DNA of 64,000 nt, taken from the NCBI GenBank assembly GCA_948938605.1, contig CARAIG010000061.1:1513-65512 (forward strand), read 5' to 3'. The notes beneath the pieces are model-generated. The model searched no databases. It was not told the origin of the DNA and worked only from the letters and a program-made list of their open reading frames with translations. Shown here in pieces: positions 37,227 to 47,335 of the stretch. Every line of letters starts with the position of its first letter. The stretch's first letter is position 1. The stretch is from an uncultured Eubacteriales bacterium. Its GTDB lineage: Bacteria; Bacillota; Clostridia; Christensenellales; CAG-314. The position numbers and the translations under genes are program-made.

Positions 37227-38940
37227 TTAAACCACCTCCCATTTGACTGTCGTATATTTCCTTGTACGTTTGACACGTTTCAAGCAGTTGTTTGTGTGTG
37301 CCCACTCCCACCACTTTACCGCAATCCATTACGTAAACCTTGTCGCAACGCATTGCCGTTGCCGCGCGCTGAGTGATAATAATTTGCGTTTTGCCTTGTA
37401 AAAACACATTTAACTGTTTTCGCAAATTCGCTTCGGTCAAATAGTCCAACGCCGAAAAGCTGTCGTCGAATATATAAACTTGCGCAGGTTTTAAAATTGT
37501 ACGCGCTATGTTGATACGCTGTTTTTGTCCGCCCGAAATGTTGTTGCCCGCTTGCGTAAGTTTGTAGTCAAGCCCTTCTTCGCGACTTTGTACAAATTCG
37601 TCCATTTGCGCTATTTTAAGTGCTTCCATAACTTGTTCGTCGGTGGCGTCGCGGTTGCCCATTTTGACATTGTCGCGAATTGTGCCTTCGAATATCATAC
37701 TTTTTTGCAACGCTACCGCTAAATTGTCGCGTACGGTTGCTGATGACAATTCGGCATAGTCGCGTCCGCCCAAACACCGCTTGCCGACGTTTATAGGATA
37801 AAAATCCAACAGCAGTTTTACAAGAGTACTTTTGCCGCTTCCCGTACCGCCGATAATGCCGACAATTTCACCGTCGGACACATCGAACGATACGTTTTCG
37901 AGTGCATTTGCCAAAGCGTTACCGTAGGCAAAGTCAACGTTTTCGAAAGAAATATTGCCTTGCAGCACTTCGCCGTCGGACTGTTCGTCAATTTGCGTAG
38001 GCGCATCCAAAATTGCGGATATACGGCGCAAGCTTACCTTAATATGCGGAATAAAAGAGATTGTCCAAGACAAAATCATTACGGCATTGGCAATTAGCGC
38101 AACGTACTGAATTGTTGCAAGGATATCCCCCGCTTTTAACGTTTCGCTCGACTGCAAGCGGATTGCTCCCACATAAATAATAGCAACTGTCGCAACGTTT
38201 AAAAACAGCGACGCTAACGGGCTGATGATTCCGCTTATTGTATTTGCGCGTACAAAACTGTTACACATTTCGCTTGTGGCTTTTTTGGCGCGTTCGTGTT
38301 CGTGGTCTTCCTTGTCAAAGGCACGCACAACGCGTATACCCGACAACCGTTCGCGGATAACTCGGTTTTGAACGTCGGTATATTCATCGCCGCGCTGCCA
38401 GTATTTTTCCAACGTGCCGCATATAAGCGTAGTCATTACCAACACCAAAACCGAAACGCCCAAAAGTATCAACGGCAATACCCAGTCCCCGCGGAAAGAC
38501 AGCACTATTCCGCCTATAAACAAAATCGGGCAAGATATTAACACATACGGCACTTGCGAAACAGTCTCTTCCATCCAGCCTATATCGTCGGTAGTACGCG
38601 TAAGCAAACTGCCTGTGCCTATTTCGGAAAACTGCTCAAACGTCAAACGGTTTACTTTGTTAAATACGTCCTTACGCATATTAACGGCTATTTTAGACGA
38701 AAAGTTACTGCTTACCCTGTTTGTGACAAGCGCGCACGCAAACGCCGCAATTGCAAGAGCGAATATTACCGCGCCTTGTTTTATAACGTAAATTAAATCG
38801 CTGTTGCGAATACCTTTTTCCACAATGTCGCTCATAACATACGGCATAAACAATGTTGAAAGCGACCGTATTGCAAACAGCAACATAAGCAACAATATTT
38901 CCTTTGTATAAGGTTTTATAAATTTAAGTAAATGTTTCAT
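37219..38940 (-). CDS. ABC exporter half-transporter (TMD-NBD) with a degenerate ATPase site
   Basis: 573 aa. Walker A GGTGSGKST, signature SGGQKQ, Walker B YIFDDSFS (Asp replaces the catalytic Glu), and ITQRAAT (Gln replaces the H-loop His). Confidence 0.9.
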   Translation of the reverse strand: MKHLLKFIKPYTKEILLLMLLFAIRSLSTLFMPYVMSDIVEKGIRNSDLIYVIKQGAVIFALAIAAFACALVTNRVSSNFSSKIAVNMRKDVFNKVNRLTFEQFSEIGTGSLLTRTTDDIGWMEETVSQVPYVLISCPILFIGGIVLSFRGDWVLPLILLGVSVLVLVMTTLICGTLEKYWQRGDEYTDVQNRVIRERLSGIRVVRAFDKEDHEHERAKKATSEMCNSFVRANTISGIISPLASLFLNVATVAIIYVGAIRLQSSETLKAGDILATIQYVALIANAVMILSWTISFIPHIKVSLRRISAILDAPTQIDEQSDGEVLQGNISFENVDFAYGNALANALENVSFDVSDGEIVGIIGGTGSGKSTLVKLLLDFYPINVGKRCLGGRDYAELSSATVRDNLAVALQKSMIFEGTIRDNVKMGNRDATDEQVMEALKIAQMDEFVQSREEGLDYKLTQAGNNISGGQKQRINIARTILKPAQVYIFDDSFSALDYLTEANLRKQLNVFLQGKTQIIITQRAATAMRCDKVYVMDCGKVVGVGTHKQLLETCQTYKEIYDSQMGGGLSE

Positions 38941-38962
38941 AATATATCTTTAAATTACTTTT

Positions 38963-39000
38963 AAATAAAAAATTGCGTCTTCCCGTATGGGAAAACGCAA
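38963..39000 (-). terminator. Intrinsic terminator/attenuator between the leader ORF and the ABC exporter genes
   Basis: On the minus strand, UUGCGUUUUCCC AUAC GGGAAGACGCAA (12 bp including one G-U pair), then UUUUUUAUUU. It ends 22 nt before the ABC gene ATG. Confidence 0.65.
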
Positions 39001-39014
39001 AATGACAATGACGT

Positions 39015-39107
39015 CTATTTATTACAACAAGTGCAAAAACAGGCGAGCGTAGCGACTTCCACAACGGTTAAATTGTTAAACTTGTATATGATATTGTTAT
39101 TGATCAC
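39015..39107 (-). CDS. 30-codon leader ORF encoding a Cys-rich peptide (MINNNIIYKFNNLTVVEVATLACFCTCCNK)
   Basis: It falls below the ORF-track length cutoff. The GTG start is preceded by AAGGAGG with an 8-nt spacer. The TAG stop lies 14 nt before the terminator stem. It has a dedicated promoter upstream. Confidence 0.5.
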   Translation of the reverse strand: MINNNIIYKFNNLTVVEVATLACFCTCCNK

Positions 39108-39143
39108 TACTCTCACCTCCTTTTATTTTATTTTTGTATTTTT

Positions 39144-39173
39144 ATACTAACACAACGGACTTAATACCGTCAA
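39144..39173 (-). promoter_or_regulatory. Promoter of the leader-ABC unit: TTGACG, 18 nt, TAGTAT with an extended TG
   Basis: On the minus strand, TTGACGGTATTAAGTCCGTTGTGTTAGTAT, about 20 nt before the leader SD. Confidence 0.5.
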
Positions 39174-39244
39174 GCAATTAATCGAGTTTGACAGGATTTT
39201 TATTAATCGGCAAGCACCAATTGTCCGTTTGCCCCAAAGCAAAA

Positions 39245-39832
39245 CTATGCAACTTGACGGACGCAAAAACCAATCATATGCGCCAACGCTTCGCTTTCTT
39301 GTCCGCTTTGAATAATTTCCATTATTTTACGAGCCATTTCGCCCACTATCCAATTACCGAAAAAGTTGCCTTTGTCGGTATAAATGTGCGTACGTAACCA
39401 ACTTGCTTCCACTTCGGGACCGAGCTTGTCGGTAATAAACGGCATCAATCCGCCTAACGGGCCTACAATAAATGCCACGATTACCGCAAACACAAGGTAG
39501 ACTATAACCAGTCCCAATGCCGCGCCGATTACGCGGTTTACTATACCCATACCTTTACGGCGCGTAAAAATTTTACGCAGAACAAACGATATAAGTATCC
39601 ATATAATTGCAAGCGCTATAAACGACAATACTATTGCCAGTAAAGGACGGAGCGATTCGTTCATTTCGATACCCATCATCCAACCTTGCACCGTCGGCGC
39701 AAGCAACGAAGCCCCGAACGCAACGATAATAAAACCTATTGCGGAAAGCAACGGCTTTAAAAAACCTTTTATTAAGCCTAGCACAAATCCGAAAACAAGC
39801 GCAGCTACAAAGATCCAGTCGAATACGTTCAT
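39245..39832 (-). CDS. cvpA: CvpA-family membrane protein
   Basis: 195 aa. MNVFDWIFVAALVFGFVLGLIKGFLK plus four TM helices is the typical CvpA N-terminus. AAGGGG lies before the ATG. Confidence 0.85.
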   Translation of the reverse strand: MNVFDWIFVAALVFGFVLGLIKGFLKPLLSAIGFIIVAFGASLLAPTVQGWMMGIEMNESLRPLLAIVLSFIALAIIWILISFVLRKIFTRRKGMGIVNRVIGAALGLVIVYLVFAVIVAFIVGPLGGLMPFITDKLGPEVEASWLRTHIYTDKGNFFGNWIVGEMARKIMEIIQSGQESEALAHMIGFCVRQVA

Positions 39833-40060
39833 ACAATCCCCTTTACATATTATTTTTTACGCAAACGAACAATTACAGCAATAAATTGGCGTTGCATTAA
39901 ACATTGCAATAACGCTTGGTTATTATATAACCTTGACTGTTATTACGTATATTATTATCTAACTTTACCATAAATTTTCCTAATTGGCAAAAGATTTTTG
40001 TATACAATATATTTTTTAACTAAACATACTTTTACCGTTTTATAAGCCATTAGATGCACA

Positions 40061-40140
40061 TAGATGCGCGGAAAACAAGGCGAACGCGAAGGAGCGTACT
40101 AATGCGTACGTACTACGCTTTCGCTTCGTGGCGTTCGCAA
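40061..40140. repeat. Intergenic repeat family, copy A1 (hairpin-forming)
   Basis: TAGATGCGCGG...GCGAAGGAGCGTACTAATGCGTACGTACTACGCTTTCGC. The GGAGCGTACTAATGCGTACGTACT segment matches copy B (GGAACGTACTAAGCGTACGTGACT). Confidence 0.65.
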
Positions 40141-40193
40141 CTACGTTGCTCGGCTAAGGACGATTAATACCCGCCTAAGCCCGCAGATAGATA

Positions 40194-40275
40194 TAGATGC
40201 GAGACGGGCGCGGATTTGCCGACAGGAGTGTATATAGACATACACGACCTAGGCAAAGCGTAAGCACAACAATGC
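40194..40275. repeat. Intergenic repeat family, copy A2
   Basis: TAGATGCGAGACGGGCGCGGATTTGCCGACAGGAGTGTATATAGACATACACGACCTAGGCAAAGCGTAAGCACAACAA. It shares the GGGCGCGGATTT(T)GC(C)GACAGGA core and the tail with copy B. Confidence 0.7.
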
Positions 40276-40391
40276 AGATGTCTCATTAAATTATCCACCT
40301 TTACCATAAGCCCGTAAAAACGAGCAAGATAAGGCAAACGAACAGAATAAGTTAGTTCCAATTAAACTCTACCGCTTGTCACCGAGAACGA

Positions 40392-40451
40392 GGGTATTTG
40401 CATTTTTTGACTGTGAGAACTTAGTCCGAGGGGATAAAAATGCAAATACCC
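40392..40451. repeat. Perfect 16-bp inverted repeat (long hairpin) immediately downstream of argS
   Basis: GGGTATTTGCATTTTT at 40392-40407 and AAAAATGCAAATACCC at 40436-40451, separated by a 28-nt loop. Confidence 0.85.
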
Positions 40452-40473
40452 GAGCGACATATACGGGCTTAGG

Positions 40474-42171
40474 TTACATTTTGGCAGGGGTTTCGATACC
40501 TAACAACGCCAATCCTTTTTTAAGTACCGTTGCCGTTGCTTCCACTACCGTCAAACGCGCGTTTTGTTCGCTTAAATTGTCGCTTAAAACGCGGTGCTCG
40601 ATGTAAAAACGGTTAAACGCTTGCGCTATATCTATTAGCAAGCCGGAAATTATGCTGGGTTCGTACTTTAAAGCCGAGTCCTTGACGGCTTGCGGGAAAC
40701 TTGCAATAAGCTTAGACAAACGCAATGTTTCGATATTATCCAAAGCGCGCGGATCGTGAGCAATTTTTGCGTAACGCGACATTCCTGCCTTTTCCAATAT
40801 GGAATTACAACGCGCGGCAGTATACTGCAAATAAGGGGCGGTTTCGCCGTCGAAATTAAGAACCCGATCGTACGAAAAAGTAATATCCTTAATTTTGCTG
40901 TTTTCCAAAGCGGAAAACAATACTGCGCCCACACCTACTTGTTCGGCAACTTTTTCCTTGTTTTCCAAATCAGGGTTTTTGGCGACTATCGTTTCCAGCG
41001 ACTTTGCAACCGCTTTATTCAACACGTCCCGCAAAAGCACAACATTGCCCTTACGCGTAGACATTGCACCGTCTTCAAGGCTTACCATACCGTAGGCTAC
41101 GTGAACCATATCCTTTGCCCAAGGAAGATTTGCAAGTTCCAGTACTTTAAACAACTGCTTAAAATGTAAGTTTTGCTGATAGGCTACAACATACAGACAT
41201 TTGTCGAAGTCGTATTCCTTTTTGCGCCAAACGGCGGCGGCTAAATCGCGAGTAGCATACAAACTGCTTCCGTCGCTTTTTAACAGTAAAAACGGCGGCA
41301 TATTGTAATCGGACAAATCCACCACCTGCGCGCCTTGACTTTCGCAAATAAGCCCCTTGTCGCGCAGCATTTGCAGCGGTTCGTCCATTTTGTCCATATA
41401 AAAACTTTCACCGTTCCAACTGTCAAACTTGACGTTTAAACGGTCGTAAATTTCCTGTACGTCGCGCAAAGTTACATCTTTAAACATTTGGAACAGCTTT
41501 GTCGCTTCGGCGTCGCCTTGCTCCACTTTTACAAACCAAGCGCGCGCTTCATCCGTCAATTCGGGGTGCTCGGCTTCCTCTTGGTGGAACTTGACGTAAA
41601 CGCGTTGCAGTTCGGCAACGCCGTGTTCCCTTACCGCCTGTTCGTTGCTCCACAACTTGTAAGCGACAATCATTTTACCGAATTGCGTGCCGTAGTCGCC
41701 AAGGTGGTTAATTCCTACCACGTTATAACCTAACGCCGTAAAAATTTTGTACAGACTGCTGCCCAACGCCGTTGTAGACAAGTGTCCTATATGGAAAGAC
41801 TTACAAATATTTACCGAACTGTAATCGATGCAAATTGTTTTACCTTTGCCTATTACGTCGTTGCCGTAGCTGTCACCGCAACTGACTACACCATACAAAG
41901 CGTCGTTGATAAAATCCTGTCGGTTAATAAAAAAGTTGAGATAACCGTTAACCGCTTCCACTTTAACTATATCGTTGTCCAATGCAATTTCGCCTGCTAA
42001 CTTTTGCGCAATGGCAACGGGGGACATACGCATTGCTTTTGCCAGTTTAAAACAGGGAAAAGCGTAATCGCCGAAATTGTCGTCGGCGGTTTCGGTAATT
42101 AACGAAACGATTTCAGCATTATCCAACGGGGCGTTTATTTTGCTTGCTATAATTTGTTTGTAATCTTTCAA
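40474..42171 (-). CDS. argS: Arginine--tRNA ligase
   Basis: SFHIGHL (HIGH) and MSTRKGN (KMSKS-like), with full-length ArgS architecture. I prefer TTG 42171 (AAAGGAG 6 nt upstream) over the track's TTG at 42198. Confidence 0.95.
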   Translation of the reverse strand: MKDYKQIIASKINAPLDNAEIVSLITETADDNFGDYAFPCFKLAKAMRMSPVAIAQKLAGEIALDNDIVKVEAVNGYLNFFINRQDFINDALYGVVSCGDSYGNDVIGKGKTICIDYSSVNICKSFHIGHLSTTALGSSLYKIFTALGYNVVGINHLGDYGTQFGKMIVAYKLWSNEQAVREHGVAELQRVYVKFHQEEAEHPELTDEARAWFVKVEQGDAEATKLFQMFKDVTLRDVQEIYDRLNVKFDSWNGESFYMDKMDEPLQMLRDKGLICESQGAQVVDLSDYNMPPFLLLKSDGSSLYATRDLAAAVWRKKEYDFDKCLYVVAYQQNLHFKQLFKVLELANLPWAKDMVHVAYGMVSLEDGAMSTRKGNVVLLRDVLNKAVAKSLETIVAKNPDLENKEKVAEQVGVGAVLFSALENSKIKDITFSYDRVLNFDGETAPYLQYTAARCNSILEKAGMSRYAKIAHDPRALDNIETLRLSKLIASFPQAVKDSALKYEPSIISGLLIDIAQAFNRFYIEHRVLSDNLSEQNARLTVVEATATVLKKGLALLGIETPAKM

Positions 42172-42249
42172 AACTTGCTCCTTTGTGCGTAATAACAACG
42201 CTTAAAGTACACAAGGACAAATAATCCTTGCTTTTAATTTATTTTTACT

Positions 42250-42279
42250 AGTATAACATTATTTAAGGTATTTTAGCAA
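42250..42279 (-). promoter_or_regulatory. argS promoter: TTGCTA, 18 nt, TATACT with an extended TG
   Basis: On the minus strand, TTGCTAAAATACCTTAAATAATGTTATACT, about 75 nt before the start codon. Confidence 0.45.
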
Positions 42280-42356
42280 ATGTTTAAACGACGCGGTTAA
42301 AACATATTAGCCACGTCGTAAAATAACATTTATATTTTTTTCTTTGCGACGGCGAA

Positions 42357-42449
42357 GAAATGAGCAAGACAGGGCGGGCGCGGATTTTGCGACAGGAACG
42401 TACTAAGCGTACGTGACTGAGCAAAAACGCAAGCCCAACAAAGTATTGC
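42357..42449. repeat. Intergenic repeat family, copy B (between the gyrA stop and the argS promoter)
   Basis: GAAATGAGCAAGACAGGGCGGGCGCGGATTTTGCGACAGGAACGTACTAAGCGTACGTGACTGAGCAAAAACGCAAGCCCAACAAAG. Confidence 0.7.
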
Positions 42450-42454
42450 GAAGT

Positions 42455-44944
42455 TTATTCGGCGTCGCTACCGTCCGAATCCAATTCCTCGGAGACGGGG
42501 CTTTCGGACACGCACACAACTTGCGCTTCGCCCTTAAACTTCATTACTCTTACGCCCATCGTATCCCTGCCTATCTTGGAAATATCCTTAGCGCGGATAC
42601 GAATAACTATACCGTTGTCCGCAATAAGCATAACGTCGTTTTCGGGATCGATAAGTTTTAAGTTGACGAGTTTACCCGTTTTGTTGTTGAATACGCCTGC
42701 TTTAATGCCCTTACCTGCACGCGATTGCAAACGGTAATCGATAAGTTCGCTGCGCTTGCCGTAACCTTTTTCCGAAATGGTCAACACTTCCAAACCGTTA
42801 CGCGCAATAGCCATATCTACAACGTAGTCGCCCTTGTCGAGTTTAATGGATTTAACACCCTGCGCTTCGCGTCCCATAGGACGGACTTCTTCCTCGGCAA
42901 AACGTATACATTTACCTTCGTGACTTGCCATAAGTATTTCGTCGTAACCTGTGGTCATATCTACGCCGATAAGTTCGTCGTCGTCCACTAAACTTATAGC
43001 GATTTTACCCGTTTTACGGATAGATTCGAATTCCGTCAAGTTGGTCTTTTTGATAAGTCCGTTGCGGGTTGCCATAATTAGATTTCCGCGACTGTCTTCC
43101 TTGCGGGGGATAACCGCCGTAACTTTTTCGCCGTTATCAAGCTGCAAAATATTGACGATTGCTCTGCCCCTTGCGGTACGTTCCGCCTCCGGCACTTCGT
43201 AACCCTTTATGCAATACACCTTACCGCGGTTTGTAAAGAACAACAAATCGTCGTGAGTGTTGGTGATAAACATATTTTCGACAAAGTCTTCTTCACGCGG
43301 TTTGTGCGCCGTAACACCCTTGCCGCCGCGCTTTTGCGTGCGGTATTCGGTGACAGGCAGACGTTTGACGTAGCCCAAGTGAGTCATAGAAATAACTACG
43401 TCTTCCTTTTCGATAAGGTCGCCGATGTCTATTTCCGAGTAGTCCGTACAAATTTCCGTTTTGCGTTCCGCACCGTATTTGTCGCGGATTTCGCCCATTT
43501 CGGAAACGATAATGCTGTCGATACGCGCGGGCTTAGCAAGGATATCTTTCAAATCCTTAATAAGCGCGGCAAGTTCGGCAAGTTCGTTGCGCAAACTTTC
43601 CACTTCCAAGTGAGTAAGACGGGACAACTTCATTTCCAAAATAGCGTTGGTTTGACGTTCGGTCAACTTAAATTCTTTCATTAAAGCTGCCGCCGCCGCT
43701 TGCTTGTCGTCGCTGCTTTTGATAATTGCAATTACTCTGTCGATATTGTCGAGAGCAATAACCAAGCCTTCGATAATGTGGTATCTGTCTTCCGCCTTTT
43801 CAAGGTCGTACTTGGTGCGGCGGGTAATTACGCTCCTTTGATGGTCGATATAGTAGGACAAAATTTCCTTTAACGACATAATCTTGGGTTCGCCGTCGGC
43901 AAGCGCAAGCAACGTAATACCGTCGGAAACTTGCATTTGCGTATGCTTAAACAACGTATTAAGCACCACTTGTGCGTTAGCGTCGCGTTTAAGTTCAAAT
44001 ACGATACGCATACCTTTGCGGTCGCTTTCGTCGCGGATATCCGAAATACCTTCGATACGCTTGTCCTTAACAAGTCCTGCGGTATTTTCGATTAATTTTG
44101 CCTTGTTAACTTGGTAAGGCAATTCGGTAACTATAATGCGTTGACGTCCGTTGTGCTCCTCGATTTCGGTTTTAGCGCGTACCAAAATGCTGCCTTTACC
44201 GGTTTTATACGCATTGCGCACGCCCATACGTCCCATCATTATACCGCCTGTGGGGAAATCGGGCGCGGGAATAATTTTCATTAATTCTTCAACGGTTATT
44301 TCGGGATTGTTCAATACCGCAATTGCTCCGTCGATAACTTCGCCGAGATTGTGAGGCGGAATGTTAGTTGCCATACCTACCGCAATACCGTCCGCACCGT
44401 TAACCAACAAGTTGGGGAAACGGCTGGGCAATACCGACGGCTGCATTAACGTGTTGTCGAAGTTGGGATAAAAGTCGACTGTGTTTTTGTCGATTTCGCG
44501 AAGCATTTCGTAAGCGATTTTAGACAAACGCGCTTCGGTATAACGCTGCGCAGCCGGCGGATCTCCATCGACCGAACCGAAGTTACCTTGTCCGTCGACT
44601 AACGGGCAGCGGATAGAAAAGTCTTGCGCAAGACGAACCAACGCTTCGTAAACGGCAGAGTCGCCGTGGGGGTGGTACTTACCTAAAACGTCGCCGACGA
44701 TACGCGCGCATTTACGGTAAGGCTTGTCGTTAAACAAGTTCAATTCGCCCATTGCATACAAAATACGTCTGTGAACGGGCTTTAAACCGTCGCGTACATC
44801 GGGAATTGCGCGGGAAACGTTTACCGCCATAGCGTAAGCTATAAACGATTTTTTCATTTCCTCTTCCATTTTGATTACTTTAACGTTGGTTTGGTCTAAC
44901 GCTTGAACGTAATCGAGATTATGTATATCTTGTTGTTTTGCCAT
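42455..44944 (-). CDS. gyrA: DNA gyrase subunit A
   Basis: 829 aa. [40 protein letters not shown], and the C-terminal beta-pinwheel repeats. Confidence 0.97.
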   Translation of the reverse strand: MAKQQDIHNLDYVQALDQTNVKVIKMEEEMKKSFIAYAMAVNVSRAIPDVRDGLKPVHRRILYAMGELNLFNDKPYRKCARIVGDVLGKYHPHGDSAVYEALVRLAQDFSIRCPLVDGQGNFGSVDGDPPAAQRYTEARLSKIAYEMLREIDKNTVDFYPNFDNTLMQPSVLPSRFPNLLVNGADGIAVGMATNIPPHNLGEVIDGAIAVLNNPEITVEELMKIIPAPDFPTGGIMMGRMGVRNAYKTGKGSILVRAKTEIEEHNGRQRIIVTELPYQVNKAKLIENTAGLVKDKRIEGISDIRDESDRKGMRIVFELKRDANAQVVLNTLFKHTQMQVSDGITLLALADGEPKIMSLKEILSYYIDHQRSVITRRTKYDLEKAEDRYHIIEGLVIALDNIDRVIAIIKSSDDKQAAAAALMKEFKLTERQTNAILEMKLSRLTHLEVESLRNELAELAALIKDLKDILAKPARIDSIIVSEMGEIRDKYGAERKTEICTDYSEIDIGDLIEKEDVVISMTHLGYVKRLPVTEYRTQKRGGKGVTAHKPREEDFVENMFITNTHDDLLFFTNRGKVYCIKGYEVPEAERTARGRAIVNILQLDNGEKVTAVIPRKEDSRGNLIMATRNGLIKKTNLTEFESIRKTGKIAISLVDDDELIGVDMTTGYDEILMASHEGKCIRFAEEEVRPMGREAQGVKSIKLDKGDYVVDMAIARNGLEVLTISEKGYGKRSELIDYRLQSRAGKGIKAGVFNNKTGKLVNLKLIDPENDVMLIADNGIVIRIRAKDISKIGRDTMGVRVMKFKGEAQVVCVSESPVSEELDSDGSDAE

Positions 44945-44956
44945 AGTTTTACCCTC

Positions 44957-46879
<1,923 letters not shown>

Positions 46880-47009
46880 TTATTTACGCCCGCAAAAACA
46901 ACCGTTTACCCTTGCAATAACCGTATGTCGTTTTAAGGTTTTACCGCTTAAAACCGAACTCGGTTTTTTGCTTAAACTAACGCGTTTTCAAGGCGTATTC
47001 GACTTTTAC

Positions 47010-47038
47010 ATTATACCACACATTTAATTGTTTGTATA
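47010..47038 (-). promoter_or_regulatory. gyrB promoter: TATACA, 17 nt, extended TGgTATAAT
   Basis: On the minus strand, TATACAAACAATTAAATGTGTGGTATAAT. This predicts a 5' UTR of about 145 nt. Confidence 0.5.
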
Positions 47039-47258
47039 TACTTTTGTTTAAAGTTTTTAAAATAAATTGTCATTTGACGGCGTAGAAGCGGGCTAGATTG
47101 GCAAAACGGCATTTTAGAGTGTACTTATATAAAATAGACAAACCGCCGCCAAACGCTTATTTTGTTGCTTAAACGCGAACGGTGTTAAAACGGGTATTGG
47201 GCGGCATCTTCATACCCTAAATAAAACGCGCAATTATTTTTGTTTTAGCGCGACTTTG

Positions 47259-47287
47259 TTGTAAAATTTGCAAGATTATGGTATACT
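47259..47287 (+). promoter_or_regulatory. recF promoter: TTGTAA, 17 nt, TGgTATACT
   Basis: TTGTAAAATTTGCAAGATTATGGTATACT, about 48 nt before the ATG. Confidence 0.45.
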
Positions 47288-47335
47288 TAATTTTAATGCG
47301 GTTTTAAACGCAAATTTAAACGCAAAGGTAAAAAA

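Noticed and set aside
35433-39107. Reading the Cys-rich peptide plus ABC pair as a bacteriocin or lantibiotic export locus
   Set aside because: Neither ABC protein has an N-terminal C39 peptidase domain. No modification enzymes (LanB/C/M, radical SAM) or immunity genes are adjacent. The peptide ORF is followed by a terminator positioned like an attenuator. This reading is kept only as a minority alternative.
40102-40167. 21-codon ORF (MRTYYAFASWRSQLRCSAKDD) with AGGAG 7 nt upstream, inside repeat copy A1
   Set aside because: The AGGAG is part of the conserved repeat core. The other two copies have no start codon or frame conservation and carry indels. The element is therefore non-coding.
40290-40298. 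TTATCCACC, a one-mismatch DnaA box in the large cvpA-argS intergenic region
   Set aside because: It is a single isolated site with no cluster and no adjacent AT-rich unwinding element pattern. It is most likely chance.
40164-40361. 65-aa minus-strand ORF in the cvpA-argS gap
   Set aside because: It has no SD, spans the repeat elements and has an implausible composition. It is treated as spurious.
42172-42454. T-box leader upstream of argS, and likewise upstream of metG at 27523-27819
   Set aside because: No specifier-loop or T-box (GGTGGTACCGCG-like) sequence is visible. The predicted promoters lie only about 55-75 nt from the start codons, which is too short for a T-box.
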